Positions 9,087 to 18,648 of a stretch of DNA of 64,000 bases are shown here, piece by piece. The translations under genes and the position numbers were made by a program. This DNA comes from an uncultured delta proteobacterium (GTDB lineage Bacteria; Desulfobacterota; RBG-13-43-22). The notes beneath the pieces are model-generated. The model was not told where the DNA came from. It was given only the letters and a program-made list of their open reading frames with translations, and did not search any database. The stretch lies in assembly GCA_963790475.1 (NCBI GenBank), contig CAWBOS010000013.1:192001-256000 (forward strand), in the 5' to 3' direction. The first letter of the stretch is position 1. Each line of letters starts with the position of its first letter.

Positions 9087-10238
9087 ATGACAACAACGCA
9101 AAAAAAAGTCATCGGTATTGCCTGGGTCGCCCTGATGATCTGGGGCCTTTTCGGCGTAATGCAACGGCTGGTATATGGTCATCTGCTCGCTGATTACGGC
9201 AGCTACGTACCCTGGGGACTTTGGGTGGCCGCAAAAATCTATTTTATCGGCCTGGCCGAGGGGGTTTCCTTTTTTGTCTGGGTTTGTTATGCCTTTCAAA
9301 TTGAGCGATTCCGTGGTCTGGTGCGTCCCGCCTTGTGGCTGTCCCTGGTCAATATGGTGGTTGGGCTTACAATCATCTCCTTCGACCTGGGGCATATGTG
9401 GCGACTGCAGGAGGTCTTTTTTCGGCCCAACTTTTCCTCCCTGTTGACCATCTCCAGTTGGCTTTCGATGGGCTACCTGGCCTATATCGCCGTGATCCTG
9501 GCCATGGAGGTAAAACCCTATCCCTTAGCAACCAAGACCTACCGCCTCCTCGGCTGGATCGGTATGGCCATAGCCATTATTTTCTCAGGCGGCAACGGCG
9601 CTGAATTCGCCACCCTGATATCCAGTCCCTATTGGCACACTGCCCTCGGCCCGATCCTCTCCATCGGCTATGCCTTGTCTTCCGGCCTGGCCCTGATCTT
9701 AGCAACCGCAGCCTTTTTCTACTTCACGGATTCTTCCAAAGAGCGCGATACCCTGGCCCTCTTGAGTCGGACGGTCGTAGGCCTGCTCTTCCTGGTAATT
9801 ATCCTGGAGTGGTCAGAATTTTCGGTGACCATGTGGTATGGAAGGGATAGATCCTATACGGTGCTCTGGTCCATCCTCTTCGGTCCCTACTGGTACGTCT
9901 TTTGGATCGTTCACCTTCTGGCCGGGGTCATTATTCCCTTAGTGATGCTGATACGGAAACCAGTAAACCGTCTGAATGCCGGCTGGGCCGGTCTGCTGAT
10001 TGTGGTGGCCCACTTCGCGGTTCGCCTGAACCACGTGATCCCGGGCCAGGTAACTCCGGCCATGAAGGGACTGCAGACGGCTTATATGGATAACCGGCTC
10101 AAGTTCGAATACTTCCCGTCAATCCACGAATGGTCGGTCTTTGCCTTTGCTGTGGCCTTATTTATAGCCCTCTTCTATCTGGGCATCCGGTTTCTGCCAA
10201 TCCTTTCAACAAAATCTGTGAATGAGGGAGGGAATTAA
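9087..10238 (+). CDS. NrfD/PsrC-family membrane anchor subunit
   Basis: VPWGLWVA, DLGHMWR, P-NFSS and YFPSIHEW; multiple TM segments. Confidence 0.9.
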   Translation: MTTTQKKVIGIAWVALMIWGLFGVMQRLVYGHLLADYGSYVPWGLWVAAKIYFIGLAEGVSFFVWVCYAFQIERFRGLVRPALWLSLVNMVVGLTIISFDLGHMWRLQEVFFRPNFSSLLTISSWLSMGYLAYIAVILAMEVKPYPLATKTYRLLGWIGMAIAIIFSGGNGAEFATLISSPYWHTALGPILSIGYALSSGLALILATAAFFYFTDSSKERDTLALLSRTVVGLLFLVIILEWSEFSVTMWYGRDRSYTVLWSILFGPYWYVFWIVHLLAGVIIPLVMLIRKPVNRLNAGWAGLLIVVAHFAVRLNHVIPGQVTPAMKGLQTAYMDNRLKFEYFPSIHEWSVFAFAVALFIALFYLGIRFLPILSTKSVNEGGN

Positions 10239-10241
10239 CCC

Positions 10242-13200
10242 ATGCGCGTCAAACAAGACCAACAATCCATAGAAAACAAGGCCAACGGGCAAAAAGGAAT
10301 TACCCGTCGCCAAGTGATAAAGTCAACAGCCTTTGTGGGGGGATGTGCCCTCCTGGCCGCTCAGGCAAACAAAATTTTTGGAGTCCTGACCGAGACGACG
10401 GCGGCAGACAGCCAAGGCCCATACGAACTGGCCCAGCCCCACAACCAGCTTTATACCACCTGCCTGCAATGCCATGTTTCCTGCCAGATCAAAGCCAAAA
10501 TCTGGGACGGGACCCTGGCCAAGTTGACGGGCAGTCCTTACAGCCCTCAGACTTTTCTCCCCCATATCCCTTATAAGACCCGTCCCCAGGATACGGCGAC
10601 GATAGACGGGAAGCTGTGTGCCAAGGGACAGGCCGGTATTCAAACTTATTACGATCCCTACCGGATTCGTAAGGTGCTTAAACGGGCCGGCGAACGAGGG
10701 TCCAATAAGTGGCGGACCGTCCCTTTTACCCAATTTATCGAAGAAGTCGTCCGGGGGGGCAAGCTGTTTGCCGAGGTGGGAGACAGCCGCCCCTACCCGG
10801 GATTTGACGAGGTAGTGGTCCTGAGGGATGCCGAGTTATCGAAAAAAATGGCCGAAGACGCTCAGAAATGCGGCAAGGGTGAAATGAATGTCGCTGAATT
10901 CAAGGAAAAGTATCAGCCGCACCTGGATAAGCTTATTGACCCAGAACATCCCGATCTCGGACCGAAGAATAACGGCTTTGTCTTCCTGGCCGGCCGCATT
11001 CAACCCGGCCGGGCCCAATGGATGAAATGGTTTACCGAACAATCCCTTGGATCGAAGAATAATTATGAACATACCACAATTTGTGAGCAGTCCCACCATA
11101 TCGCCTATGACCAGATGACCGGACATAAAACGAACCACCTGAAGCCGGACCTGGCCAACGCCGAGTTTGTTATCTTCTGGGGAACCGGGGCCTTCACGGC
11201 CAACTTCAGCCTGGTGACCATGGCCGAAAAGGTCACCACCGGAAAGCTCAACCGGGGCTTGAAGACCGCGGTGGTGGATGCACGGCTCTCCAATGATGCC
11301 GGTAAGGCCAACTGGTGGCTGCCGGTCCAACCCAATGGCCACGGGGCCCTGGCTATGGCCATGATTCGATGGATACTGGAAAATCAGCGCTATGACCAAC
11401 GGTACCTGGAGAACGCCAACAAGGCGGCGGCCAAGGCCGATAATGAACCGACCTGGACCAACGCCAGCCACTTGGTAAAGATCGTAGAAGGACACCCCCT
11501 GGCTTTGTTGAAGGCCGATGAAGCGGGCATCGGCACAGCGGAACAGAGGGTGGTCTCCCGCGGAGGCCGGCTGATTGCCGTGAGTCCGGACGATGAAAAT
11601 AAGCCGGTAGAAGGAGATCTCCTGGTCAAGACCCAGGTGAAAGGCCTGTCCGTGAAGAGCGCCTTTCAGCTTCTGGTCGAACAGGCCATGGCCCGCACTT
11701 TGGAAGAGTATGCCGAAGAAAGCGGGGTGGATCCCAAAACCATTATCGATGTGGCTAGGGAGTTCACCTCTCACGGAAAAAGGTCCGTGGTGGAGATGTA
11801 TCGGGGACCGGTGCAGCAGACCGACGGATATTATAACGGTTGCCTGGTCATTACCCTGAATGTCCTCATCGGTAACGCCGACTATAAGGGGGGCCTCAGT
11901 AAGGGTGGCGGCCATTGGCACGAATTGGGAGATAAACCAGACAGTATCTATCCCTTTGAAAAGATGCACCCCGGGGCACTTAAGGCTTTTGGGCCCAAAA
12001 TCACCCGTGAGAAGAGCCGGTATGAAGATTCCACCCTTTTCAAAGAACATGGCTACCCGGCCAAGCGGCCCTGGTATCCCTTTACCAGCAATATCTACCA
12101 GGAGGTCATCCCCTCTTTCACGGCCGGATATCCCTATGCCGGGAAAATTCTTTTCCTCCACATGGGCACCCCGGCCCTTTCTACCCCCGGTGGGACCCAG
12201 CATATCATTAACATGCTCAAGGACCCGGCCCGGGTACCGCTCTTCATCGCCAGTGATATTGTTATTGGCGAGACCTCCATGTACGCGGACTATATCGTCC
12301 CGGACCTGACCTATCTGGAACGGTGGGGAATGCCATACGACACGCCGGATGTGCCGACCAAGGTAGGCAAGGTGCGACAGCCAGTGGCCATACCCTTTAC
12401 CGAAGACGTGGAGGTGAACAGCGAACGGATGCCTATCTGTATCGAAACATTTTTGATCGCGGTGGCGACCCGGATGAAGCTCTCCGGATTCGGCCAGGAC
12501 GCCTTTGGTAAGGGGATACCATTAACCCGGCCGGAGGACTGGTACCTGAAAGAGGTGGCCAATATCGCCTTTGGAGATAAGGCCGGCGAAGATGTCCCGG
12601 AAGCCGATGCTGCTGAGATGGCCCTCTTTCGTAAGGCCAGACGGCACCTGCCCCCTTCTGTTTTCGATGAAAAGCGATGGAGCCAGGCCCTGCGATCAGA
12701 GAAGGAATGGCGGAAAGTCGTCTATGTCCTCAACCGCGGAGGCCGGTTTGCAGATTTCAGCCAGGCCTATGAGGGCGATAAAATGAAAAGTGCCCTGAAT
12801 AGCATGTTTCACCTCTTCGTGGAGGAAGTGGCCTCTCAAAAAAACAGTCTCAGCGGGGCCTATTTCAGCGGCGTTCCGATTATCGGCGGCGAAATTGATG
12901 CTGGTGGTAAACCCCTAAAGCGGAGTCAAGAATATCCGTTTAAAATCATCACTTATAAAGAGGCCTTCGGCGGTCATTCCCGGACCATCTCCAATTACTG
13001 GAGCAACATCGCCTTGAGAACGGAGAACAAGATCTTGATTCATCGGCAAGACGCCTTAAAGATCGGCCTGAAACAAGACCAACGGGTGCGGTTGGTATCG
13101 GCGGACAATCCCGGCGGGAAGTTAGAGTTGAAAGACGGGGGAAATCGGGTGGTGCCCATGATCGCCCGAGTGGAAATCACTGAGGGGATCCGTCCGGGTA

Positions 13201-13418
13201 CCCTGGCCGTGTCCTGGCACTACGGCCACTGGGCTTATGGATCCAATGATGTAGTGGTGGATGGCCATAAAATTTATGGGGACCGCCGTCGGGCTTCGGG
13301 GATCTGTGCCAACCATATCCTGGCCGTGGACCCGGTGCTGAAGGATGTTTGCCTGACCGACCCCATCGGCGGCAGTGCCTCTTTTTCCAATAGCCGGGTG
13401 AACGTGGTTCCTGTTTAA
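10242..13418 (+). CDS. Mo/W-bisPGD catalytic subunit, TtrA/SrdA-like clade
   Basis: Tat motif TRRQVIK; CLQCHVSC...GKLCAKG; HTTICEQSHH; ETSMYADYIVPDLTYLERWG; DPIGGSASF; 1058 aa; B-C-A gene order. Confidence 0.85.
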   Translation: MRVKQDQQSIENKANGQKGITRRQVIKSTAFVGGCALLAAQANKIFGVLTETTAADSQGPYELAQPHNQLYTTCLQCHVSCQIKAKIWDGTLAKLTGSPYSPQTFLPHIPYKTRPQDTATIDGKLCAKGQAGIQTYYDPYRIRKVLKRAGERGSNKWRTVPFTQFIEEVVRGGKLFAEVGDSRPYPGFDEVVVLRDAELSKKMAEDAQKCGKGEMNVAEFKEKYQPHLDKLIDPEHPDLGPKNNGFVFLAGRIQPGRAQWMKWFTEQSLGSKNNYEHTTICEQSHHIAYDQMTGHKTNHLKPDLANAEFVIFWGTGAFTANFSLVTMAEKVTTGKLNRGLKTAVVDARLSNDAGKANWWLPVQPNGHGALAMAMIRWILENQRYDQRYLENANKAAAKADNEPTWTNASHLVKIVEGHPLALLKADEAGIGTAEQRVVSRGGRLIAVSPDDENKPVEGDLLVKTQVKGLSVKSAFQLLVEQAMARTLEEYAEESGVDPKTIIDVAREFTSHGKRSVVEMYRGPVQQTDGYYNGCLVITLNVLIGNADYKGGLSKGGGHWHELGDKPDSIYPFEKMHPGALKAFGPKITREKSRYEDSTLFKEHGYPAKRPWYPFTSNIYQEVIPSFTAGYPYAGKILFLHMGTPALSTPGGTQHIINMLKDPARVPLFIASDIVIGETSMYADYIVPDLTYLERWGMPYDTPDVPTKVGKVRQPVAIPFTEDVEVNSERMPICIETFLIAVATRMKLSGFGQDAFGKGIPLTRPEDWYLKEVANIAFGDKAGEDVPEADAAEMALFRKARRHLPPSVFDEKRWSQALRSEKEWRKVVYVLNRGGRFADFSQAYEGDKMKSALNSMFHLFVEEVASQKNSLSGAYFSGVPIIGGEIDAGGKPLKRSQEYPFKIITYKEAFGGHSRTISNYWSNIALRTENKILIHRQDALKIGLKQDQRVRLVSADNPGGKLELKDGGNRVVPMIARVEITEGIRPGTLAVSWHYGHWAYGSNDVVVDGHKIYGDRRRASGICANHILAVDPVLKDVCLTDPIGGSASFSNSRVNVVPV

Positions 13419-13565
13419 CCGGGTCAGGGAGGGTCTCCAGCCAAGTGTGGCCCTTTTTCTTATGGCCGCGGCCATTATGTGTGGGGCCTACAGCGCTCAA
13501 ACCGTACTGATTCAACCTGGATTCCGCTCCTCGTTCAGATCGAGGATAGGCTTCGCGGGAAAGGC

Positions 13566-13602
13566 GGCATTAGGAACTTTGTAAAGCAGAGCTGGGGACA
13601 CT
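13566..13602 (+). repeat. 37-bp direct repeat, copy 1
   Basis: GGCATTAGGAACTTTGTAAAGCAGAGCTGGGGACACT; 34/37 identical to 15151-15187. Confidence 0.9.
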
Positions 13603-13715
13603 TGAGAATGGATAAAAGGATCTTCCGCTAATGCAATTTATATGTAAGCGATGCGGCAATTGCTGTCTCCACCTAACGGATGCTTATCAAATGGAAAGGA
13701 AGAAAGGGGAAAGCC

Positions 13716-14996
13716 ATGAATTGGAAAAAATGGAGTTGTAGTCTGATGGTTATTGGTTGCTTTTTGGTCTGGGGTAACCGAGCTCCCATTTGGGCCGGGG
13801 AGATGGATGTTATGCATCTTCTAAAGCTGCTTCAAAAAAAGGGGGTCATCACCCAACAGGAGGCCGATGATCTCATGAATGAAATGCGCTCCGACACCAA
13901 GAATGAAAAGACGGAAATCAAATCAGAAATCAAAGAAGACATGAAAGAAGCAGCCAAAAAAGGGGAATTTCTCCCCCCAGCTTTAAGGGGGTTTAAATTC
14001 GGAACTACCATCTTTGCCGAATGGAACGCCAAAAACATTACCAATGGGTCCAGTACCAATCAGTTTGCCTTAAATCGAGGGTATGTAACCTTGACCAAAG
14101 ATTTCAATAATTGGCTGGGGATGAACATCACCTCCGATCTGTTTACTTCCGTTGATCCCAACGACAAGGGCAATGGGTTGGAATTGCGTTTGAAATATGC
14201 CTTTGCGAATCTCAATCTCTTTGGTACAACCACCCAGCTTGGTATGGTTCCCACTCCTTCGGATGCCTATGATGTATCCATCTGGCCTTATCGCGTTCAG
14301 GGCAAGAACCTCCTGGATGATCTGGGAATTGAAGCCTCGTCCGATTTTGGTGTTTCCAATCAGGGGGTTTTCGGCGGCTATATGGATGATGATTACCTGC
14401 AATTCGCTTCCAAACAGTTTGCCGGGAAATGGGGCGGTTACTTTGTGGGGCTCTTTAACGGACCGGGCTATACCAATACGGAAGCCAACGGCAATAAGAT
14501 TGTTTCCGGGGTGGTCTATGTTCGTCCGGCCCCCATGGTTCCCGTGCTTAAGGGCCTTCAGTTGGCCTATGTCGGTACTTATGGATCGAGCAATTCCAAC
14601 TTCACCGCAGCCGGAAGGACTAATGATTTCCCGAATTTTCAGGTCAATATCGGACAGTTTTCATTGCAGCACCAGTATTTCACCTTAATGGGCCAATACT
14701 ATTGGGGACAAGCGACCTCGACCTCGACCGAAGAAAATAAACGCAGCGGATATTTAGTCTCCGGATTTGTCCGGATGCCGGGCATGGAGAACCTTCGGCT
14801 CTTTGGTAAGTGGTATAATTATGATCCCAATACCGATGTATCCAATGACAATTATGATACCTATATAGCCGGTGTGTCATACGATTTTTCCAAGGAGTTT
14901 ATGCCTTTTGCCGCCTGGGAACATCGGAGCTTTGCCTCCTCCAAGGCCGGCAGTGATTATGATAAATTCCAGGTCGGCTTTCAGTTGAAGTTTTAG
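13716..14996 (+). CDS. Outer-membrane beta-barrel/porin
   Basis: Signal peptide; LLQKKGVITQQEA coiled-coil N-terminus; NRGYVT and LRLKYAF; ends in GFQLKF. Confidence 0.8.
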   Translation: MNWKKWSCSLMVIGCFLVWGNRAPIWAGEMDVMHLLKLLQKKGVITQQEADDLMNEMRSDTKNEKTEIKSEIKEDMKEAAKKGEFLPPALRGFKFGTTIFAEWNAKNITNGSSTNQFALNRGYVTLTKDFNNWLGMNITSDLFTSVDPNDKGNGLELRLKYAFANLNLFGTTTQLGMVPTPSDAYDVSIWPYRVQGKNLLDDLGIEASSDFGVSNQGVFGGYMDDDYLQFASKQFAGKWGGYFVGLFNGPGYTNTEANGNKIVSGVVYVRPAPMVPVLKGLQLAYVGTYGSSNSNFTAAGRTNDFPNFQVNIGQFSLQHQYFTLMGQYYWGQATSTSTEENKRSGYLVSGFVRMPGMENLRLFGKWYNYDPNTDVSNDNYDTYIAGVSYDFSKEFMPFAAWEHRSFASSKAGSDYDKFQVGFQLKF

Positions 14997-15004
14997 GGGC
15001 TAAC

Positions 15005-15158
15005 ATTTTTCCAGGGATTCACCACCCGTCTCTATTGGAGCTTTCCAGATCCGTCCGGTTTTACTGGAACCCAGGAAGAAAAGCTGGAAAAAACGCGAGC
15101 GGTCAAAGAGGCCATCAGAGAGAAAATCGAAGTTTGGCTCATGGCGATGGGGCATTAG
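15005..15158 (+). pseudogene. arsC: C-terminal remnant of a thioredoxin-coupled arsenate reductase (LMW-PTP fold)
   Basis: (IFP)GFTTRLYWSFPDPSGFTGTQEEKLEKTRAVKEAIREKIEVW; catalytic N-terminus missing. Confidence 0.75.
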
Positions 15159-15187
15159 GAACTTTGTAAAACAGAGTTAGGGACACT
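15151..15187 (+). repeat. 37-bp direct repeat, copy 2
   Basis: GGCATTAGGAACTTTGTAAAACAGAGTTAGGGACACT; overlaps the stop codon of the arsC remnant. Confidence 0.9.
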
Positions 15188-15241
15188 ACACGAGGCTATG
15201 GGTATTTTAACCTAAATCATCAAAAAAGAGCGAAAACAGAT

Positions 15242-15922
15242 ATGGGAAAAACGATGGTTTGCGGGAAGTCGGTAGAAGACTTTGTAAAAGTCATTGAAAA
15301 ATTTCATGGTTGGGCCGCCCCAGGTGTGGTCATTGGCGGTTTTATGGTCGATTGGGCTCAAGAACTTTTGGGCGACCATGTGGAAGCCGACGCTATCGTA
15401 GAGACCCGTCACTGTCTCCCGGATGCCGTTCAACTGTTGACCCCCTGTACCTATGGAAACGGCTGGATGAAGATCCTGGATTGGGACAAGTTCGCCCTGA
15501 GTCTCTATGATAAAAAAAGTCTCTCCGGACACAGGGTTTGGATGGATCTTGAGAGGCTCTCCGTCTTTCCCAATATTTATAATTGGTATATGCGCCTGGT
15601 AAAGAAAAAAGATCTGCCCTTATCCGTCTTAAATCAAGATATCCTGTCAGCCGGAAGAAAAATGTTAAATGCCGCCCCCGTTCAGGTCACCCGATACTAT
15701 GGAAAAAACAAAAAGGGGGAGATACGGATCTGTCCGGTCTGCCGGGAAGCCTATCCAGTCAAACAGGGCTTACAATGCCGGGCTTGCCAAGGAGAAGGTT
15801 ATTATGAATTTGAATCACTTCCTTCCAACAATTTTCAGCCGGCCATAGCCCCATTTTCGATCGTCCATTCTAACTCCGTGCCAATTTTTCCAGACCGTAC
15901 CTCGAAGGGGTTTCCCACATAA
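15242..15922 (+). CDS. FmdE-family protein with a C-terminal zinc finger
   Basis: FHGWAAPG, ETRHCLPDAVQLLTPCTYGNG and CPVCRE...CRAC. Confidence 0.88.
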   Translation: MGKTMVCGKSVEDFVKVIEKFHGWAAPGVVIGGFMVDWAQELLGDHVEADAIVETRHCLPDAVQLLTPCTYGNGWMKILDWDKFALSLYDKKSLSGHRVWMDLERLSVFPNIYNWYMRLVKKKDLPLSVLNQDILSAGRKMLNAAPVQVTRYYGKNKKGEIRICPVCREAYPVKQGLQCRACQGEGYYEFESLPSNNFQPAIAPFSIVHSNSVPIFPDRTSKGFPT

Positions 15923-16168
15923 GACGGGAGCGGCAAGGCATCTGGCCCGGGTAGCGCGAAGTTCTAAATAGTGACCGGGTCTATAGGTGGGGGTAAGAGG
16001 GCTCGGACTTCTTTCTTCGCGCTGGTGCAGTTATGGGTTTTCATAATGGGCACCGAGCAAACCGAGTCTGCTCTCATGACTGAAATAGCGAGCTTGTACG
16101 TTAAAAAAAGGTATGATATATTCGCTTCTCATATTCATAATAAACCATTTCATCGGGGGTTTTCTGGT

Positions 16169-17335
16169 ATGAAACAGGTTCTTGCGGGATTCAGGGTGCT
16201 CGATTTTGGACACTACATTCCCGGTCCGTACACAGCTATGCTACTGGCCGAACAGGGGGCTGAGGTGATCAAGATCGAACCCCCTGCCGGCGATCCCCTG
16301 CGCTCGGAGAAAGGATTTGTGGTCCTGAACCGAAGCAAAAAAGGCATGGTTATTGATCTGAAAATGGATGAGGGTAAGAAAATTGCCCGGGACCTAATCC
16401 GGAAGGCCGACGTGGTTATCGAGAATTTCAAGCCGGGTAAGGCCGATCAACTGGGCATCGGATATGAAACAATAAAGAGGCTGAATCCTAAGACGGTTTA
16501 TTGCTCCATCTCCGGGTATGGCCAGTCCGGCCCCTACCGCAACCGACCCGGCTGGGATCCCATTGTGTCGTCTACCGCTACGGTCTATACCGAACAGGGC
16601 GGGGCCGGGATCGCCCCACCTGTCTTCCTGGTTCTGCCTCTGGCCAGTTATTATTCCGCTTTCATGGCCGCCTACAGTATCACCATCGCCCTGATTGCGC
16701 GGGAAAAAACCGGCCAGGGTCAGCAGGTTGACATCTCCCTGCTCAATAGCATTATGGCTGCGGGCTGCGGCGGCTTGGTGAATTTCGAAGCGCGTGAACG
16801 GGTACCCCGTTCCTACCAGCAGGGGGGATCTCCCGTCTATCGGTTGTATCAGGGAAGCGATGGGCGATGGTTCTTCCTGGCCTTGGGAAATCTGGCCTTT
16901 CTGGCCAAGTTCGCCATCGCCATGGGTCACGAAGAATGGTTGATTGATGAAAGATTCGAGGGAGCCCCTTTTATGATTCTGCCCCCCGTCAATGAAGAGC
17001 TGATTAAGATGTTTGAAAAAATATTTGCGGAAAAAACCAGGGACGAATGGCTCGAATTCCTTCGGGCTGAAGACATCCCCTGCGGCCCGGCCCTGCCCGT
17101 GGAGTCATTTTTGGATGATCCTCAGGTGATCGCCAATGACATGGTCAGAGAAATCGAGGAACCCGGACTGGGCCCGGTGCGCCAGATGGGGGTTCCGGTC
17201 CGGTTGAGCCGGGCTCCAGGGACCATAAAAGGCCCTTCACCTCAAAGGGGTGAGCACACCGAGGAGATACTGTCCGACCTACTCAATTACTCGGCCGAAG
17301 AAATCTTTTGGCTTAAACAAAAAAAGGTCATTTAG
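16169..17335 (+). CDS. CaiB/BaiF family III CoA-transferase
   Basis: LAGFRVLDF, GAEVIKIEPP, NRSKK, ENFKPG and GWD. Confidence 0.92.
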   Translation: MKQVLAGFRVLDFGHYIPGPYTAMLLAEQGAEVIKIEPPAGDPLRSEKGFVVLNRSKKGMVIDLKMDEGKKIARDLIRKADVVIENFKPGKADQLGIGYETIKRLNPKTVYCSISGYGQSGPYRNRPGWDPIVSSTATVYTEQGGAGIAPPVFLVLPLASYYSAFMAAYSITIALIAREKTGQGQQVDISLLNSIMAAGCGGLVNFEARERVPRSYQQGGSPVYRLYQGSDGRWFFLALGNLAFLAKFAIAMGHEEWLIDERFEGAPFMILPPVNEELIKMFEKIFAEKTRDEWLEFLRAEDIPCGPALPVESFLDDPQVIANDMVREIEEPGLGPVRQMGVPVRLSRAPGTIKGPSPQRGEHTEEILSDLLNYSAEEIFWLKQKKVI

Positions 17336-17353
17336 GGATCAAGGAGATAAGCG

Positions 17354-18541
17354 ATGCATCCTCTGGAAGGTATACGAGTGGTTGACCTGACCACCATGAT
17401 AAACGGACCGGTGGCTGCCATGCTCCTGTCTGATATGGGTGCCGAGGTCATCAAGATCGAACCCCCGGACGGCGATCCCTGGCGGCCCATGCTGGGCGGT
17501 TTCCTGGCTTATAACAGGGGAAAGAGGGCCATTGCCCTTAACCTGAAAAAGGAAGCTGGTAAGGCGATCGCTTATGAACTCATTGCCAGGGCGGATGTCC
17601 TGGTGGAAAATGCCCGTTGGGGCGTATGGCACCGTCTGGGCCTGGATTACGAATCAGTAGTCAAGATAAAACCGGATATTATTTACCTCACGGTTACCGG
17701 ACACGGTACGAGCGGGCCTTTTATCCATATGGCCGGCTACGATCCGCTCCTTCAGGCCCGCAGCGGACAGATGGTGGGCCAGGGAGGGAAAGACCAGCCG
17801 CCGGTCTTTCACGTGATCGCCATCAATGACGTCGCCTCTCCCATGTTGGGGGCCTACGGCGTGGCCCTGGCCTTGCTTCAGCGTCTGCGGACAGGCCAAG
17901 GACAGCACGTGGTCATGTCTTTGACCAATGCCTCGGTCTGTCTGCAGGCCCTGGAATTCATGGATTACCCGGTCATGAAGCCTATCAATAAAGGCGGGGA
18001 CCGTCTTATTGGATTAAACGCCACCACCCGCCACTATCAGACTTCAGATGAACGGTGGCTTATGCTCATCTGTCCCAAGGAACCTCACTGGCAGGGTTTG
18101 TGCCGTTCCCTGGGACGGGATGACCTGTTCTCTGACCCGCGGTTCGCGACCCCTGAAAAGCGAGCCGAAAACGATAAGGCCCTGGCTGAACTTCTGGTAA
18201 AGGCTTTTGGGCAAAAACCGGCGGAGTACTGGCTGGAGGTCCTTTCACAAGCGGATGTGCCGGTGTCCCTGGGCCAGGTCAACGAGGAGCTTCTCGAAGA
18301 CCCCCACTGCTTGGAAAACGGTTTCTTCGAGGAGGAGGATCATCCGCAACTCGGCTGGGTCAAACACCACGGGATCACTCCCCGATTTTCGGACATGACC
18401 GGTATCATACGTCGAACCGGCCCACTGCTTGGCCAGCATACGGCGGAAGTACTGGCCGAATTGGGGTATACCCGGGAAGAGATAGATCATCTCGTGGAAG
18501 ACAAGGTCGCCTTTTTAATGGAGGAGATCGAGAAAGAATAG
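17354..18541 (+). CDS. CaiB/BaiF family III CoA-transferase
   Basis: PLEGIRVVDL, GAEVIKIEPP, NRGKR and GYD. Confidence 0.92.
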   Translation: MHPLEGIRVVDLTTMINGPVAAMLLSDMGAEVIKIEPPDGDPWRPMLGGFLAYNRGKRAIALNLKKEAGKAIAYELIARADVLVENARWGVWHRLGLDYESVVKIKPDIIYLTVTGHGTSGPFIHMAGYDPLLQARSGQMVGQGGKDQPPVFHVIAINDVASPMLGAYGVALALLQRLRTGQGQHVVMSLTNASVCLQALEFMDYPVMKPINKGGDRLIGLNATTRHYQTSDERWLMLICPKEPHWQGLCRSLGRDDLFSDPRFATPEKRAENDKALAELLVKAFGQKPAEYWLEVLSQADVPVSLGQVNEELLEDPHCLENGFFEEEDHPQLGWVKHHGITPRFSDMTGIIRRTGPLLGQHTAEVLAELGYTREEIDHLVEDKVAFLMEEIEKE

Positions 18542-18648
18542 GAGACTTCTTTAGAAAACCGGACCTTATGATTCAGTATGACACTAAATTTCTGTATATT
18601 CTCAAAAACATCATGATATACCGCGAGAATAAGATCAAAACCGGCAGA

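Noticed and set aside
10836-12203. Long antisense ORFs (also 8115..8996 minus, 46554..47492 plus and many shorter ones)
   Set aside because: They shadow well-supported genes on the opposite strand and carry no motifs
10242-13418. ArrA or ArxA assignment
   Set aside because: Length, B-C-A order and the HTTICEQ motif fit the TtrA/SrdA clade; the ArrA-type SHSxICAEAE motif is absent
15971-16168. N-terminal extension of the CoA-transferase from the ORF track
   Set aside because: Family similarity begins at ATG 16169 and the extension looks like promoter sequence
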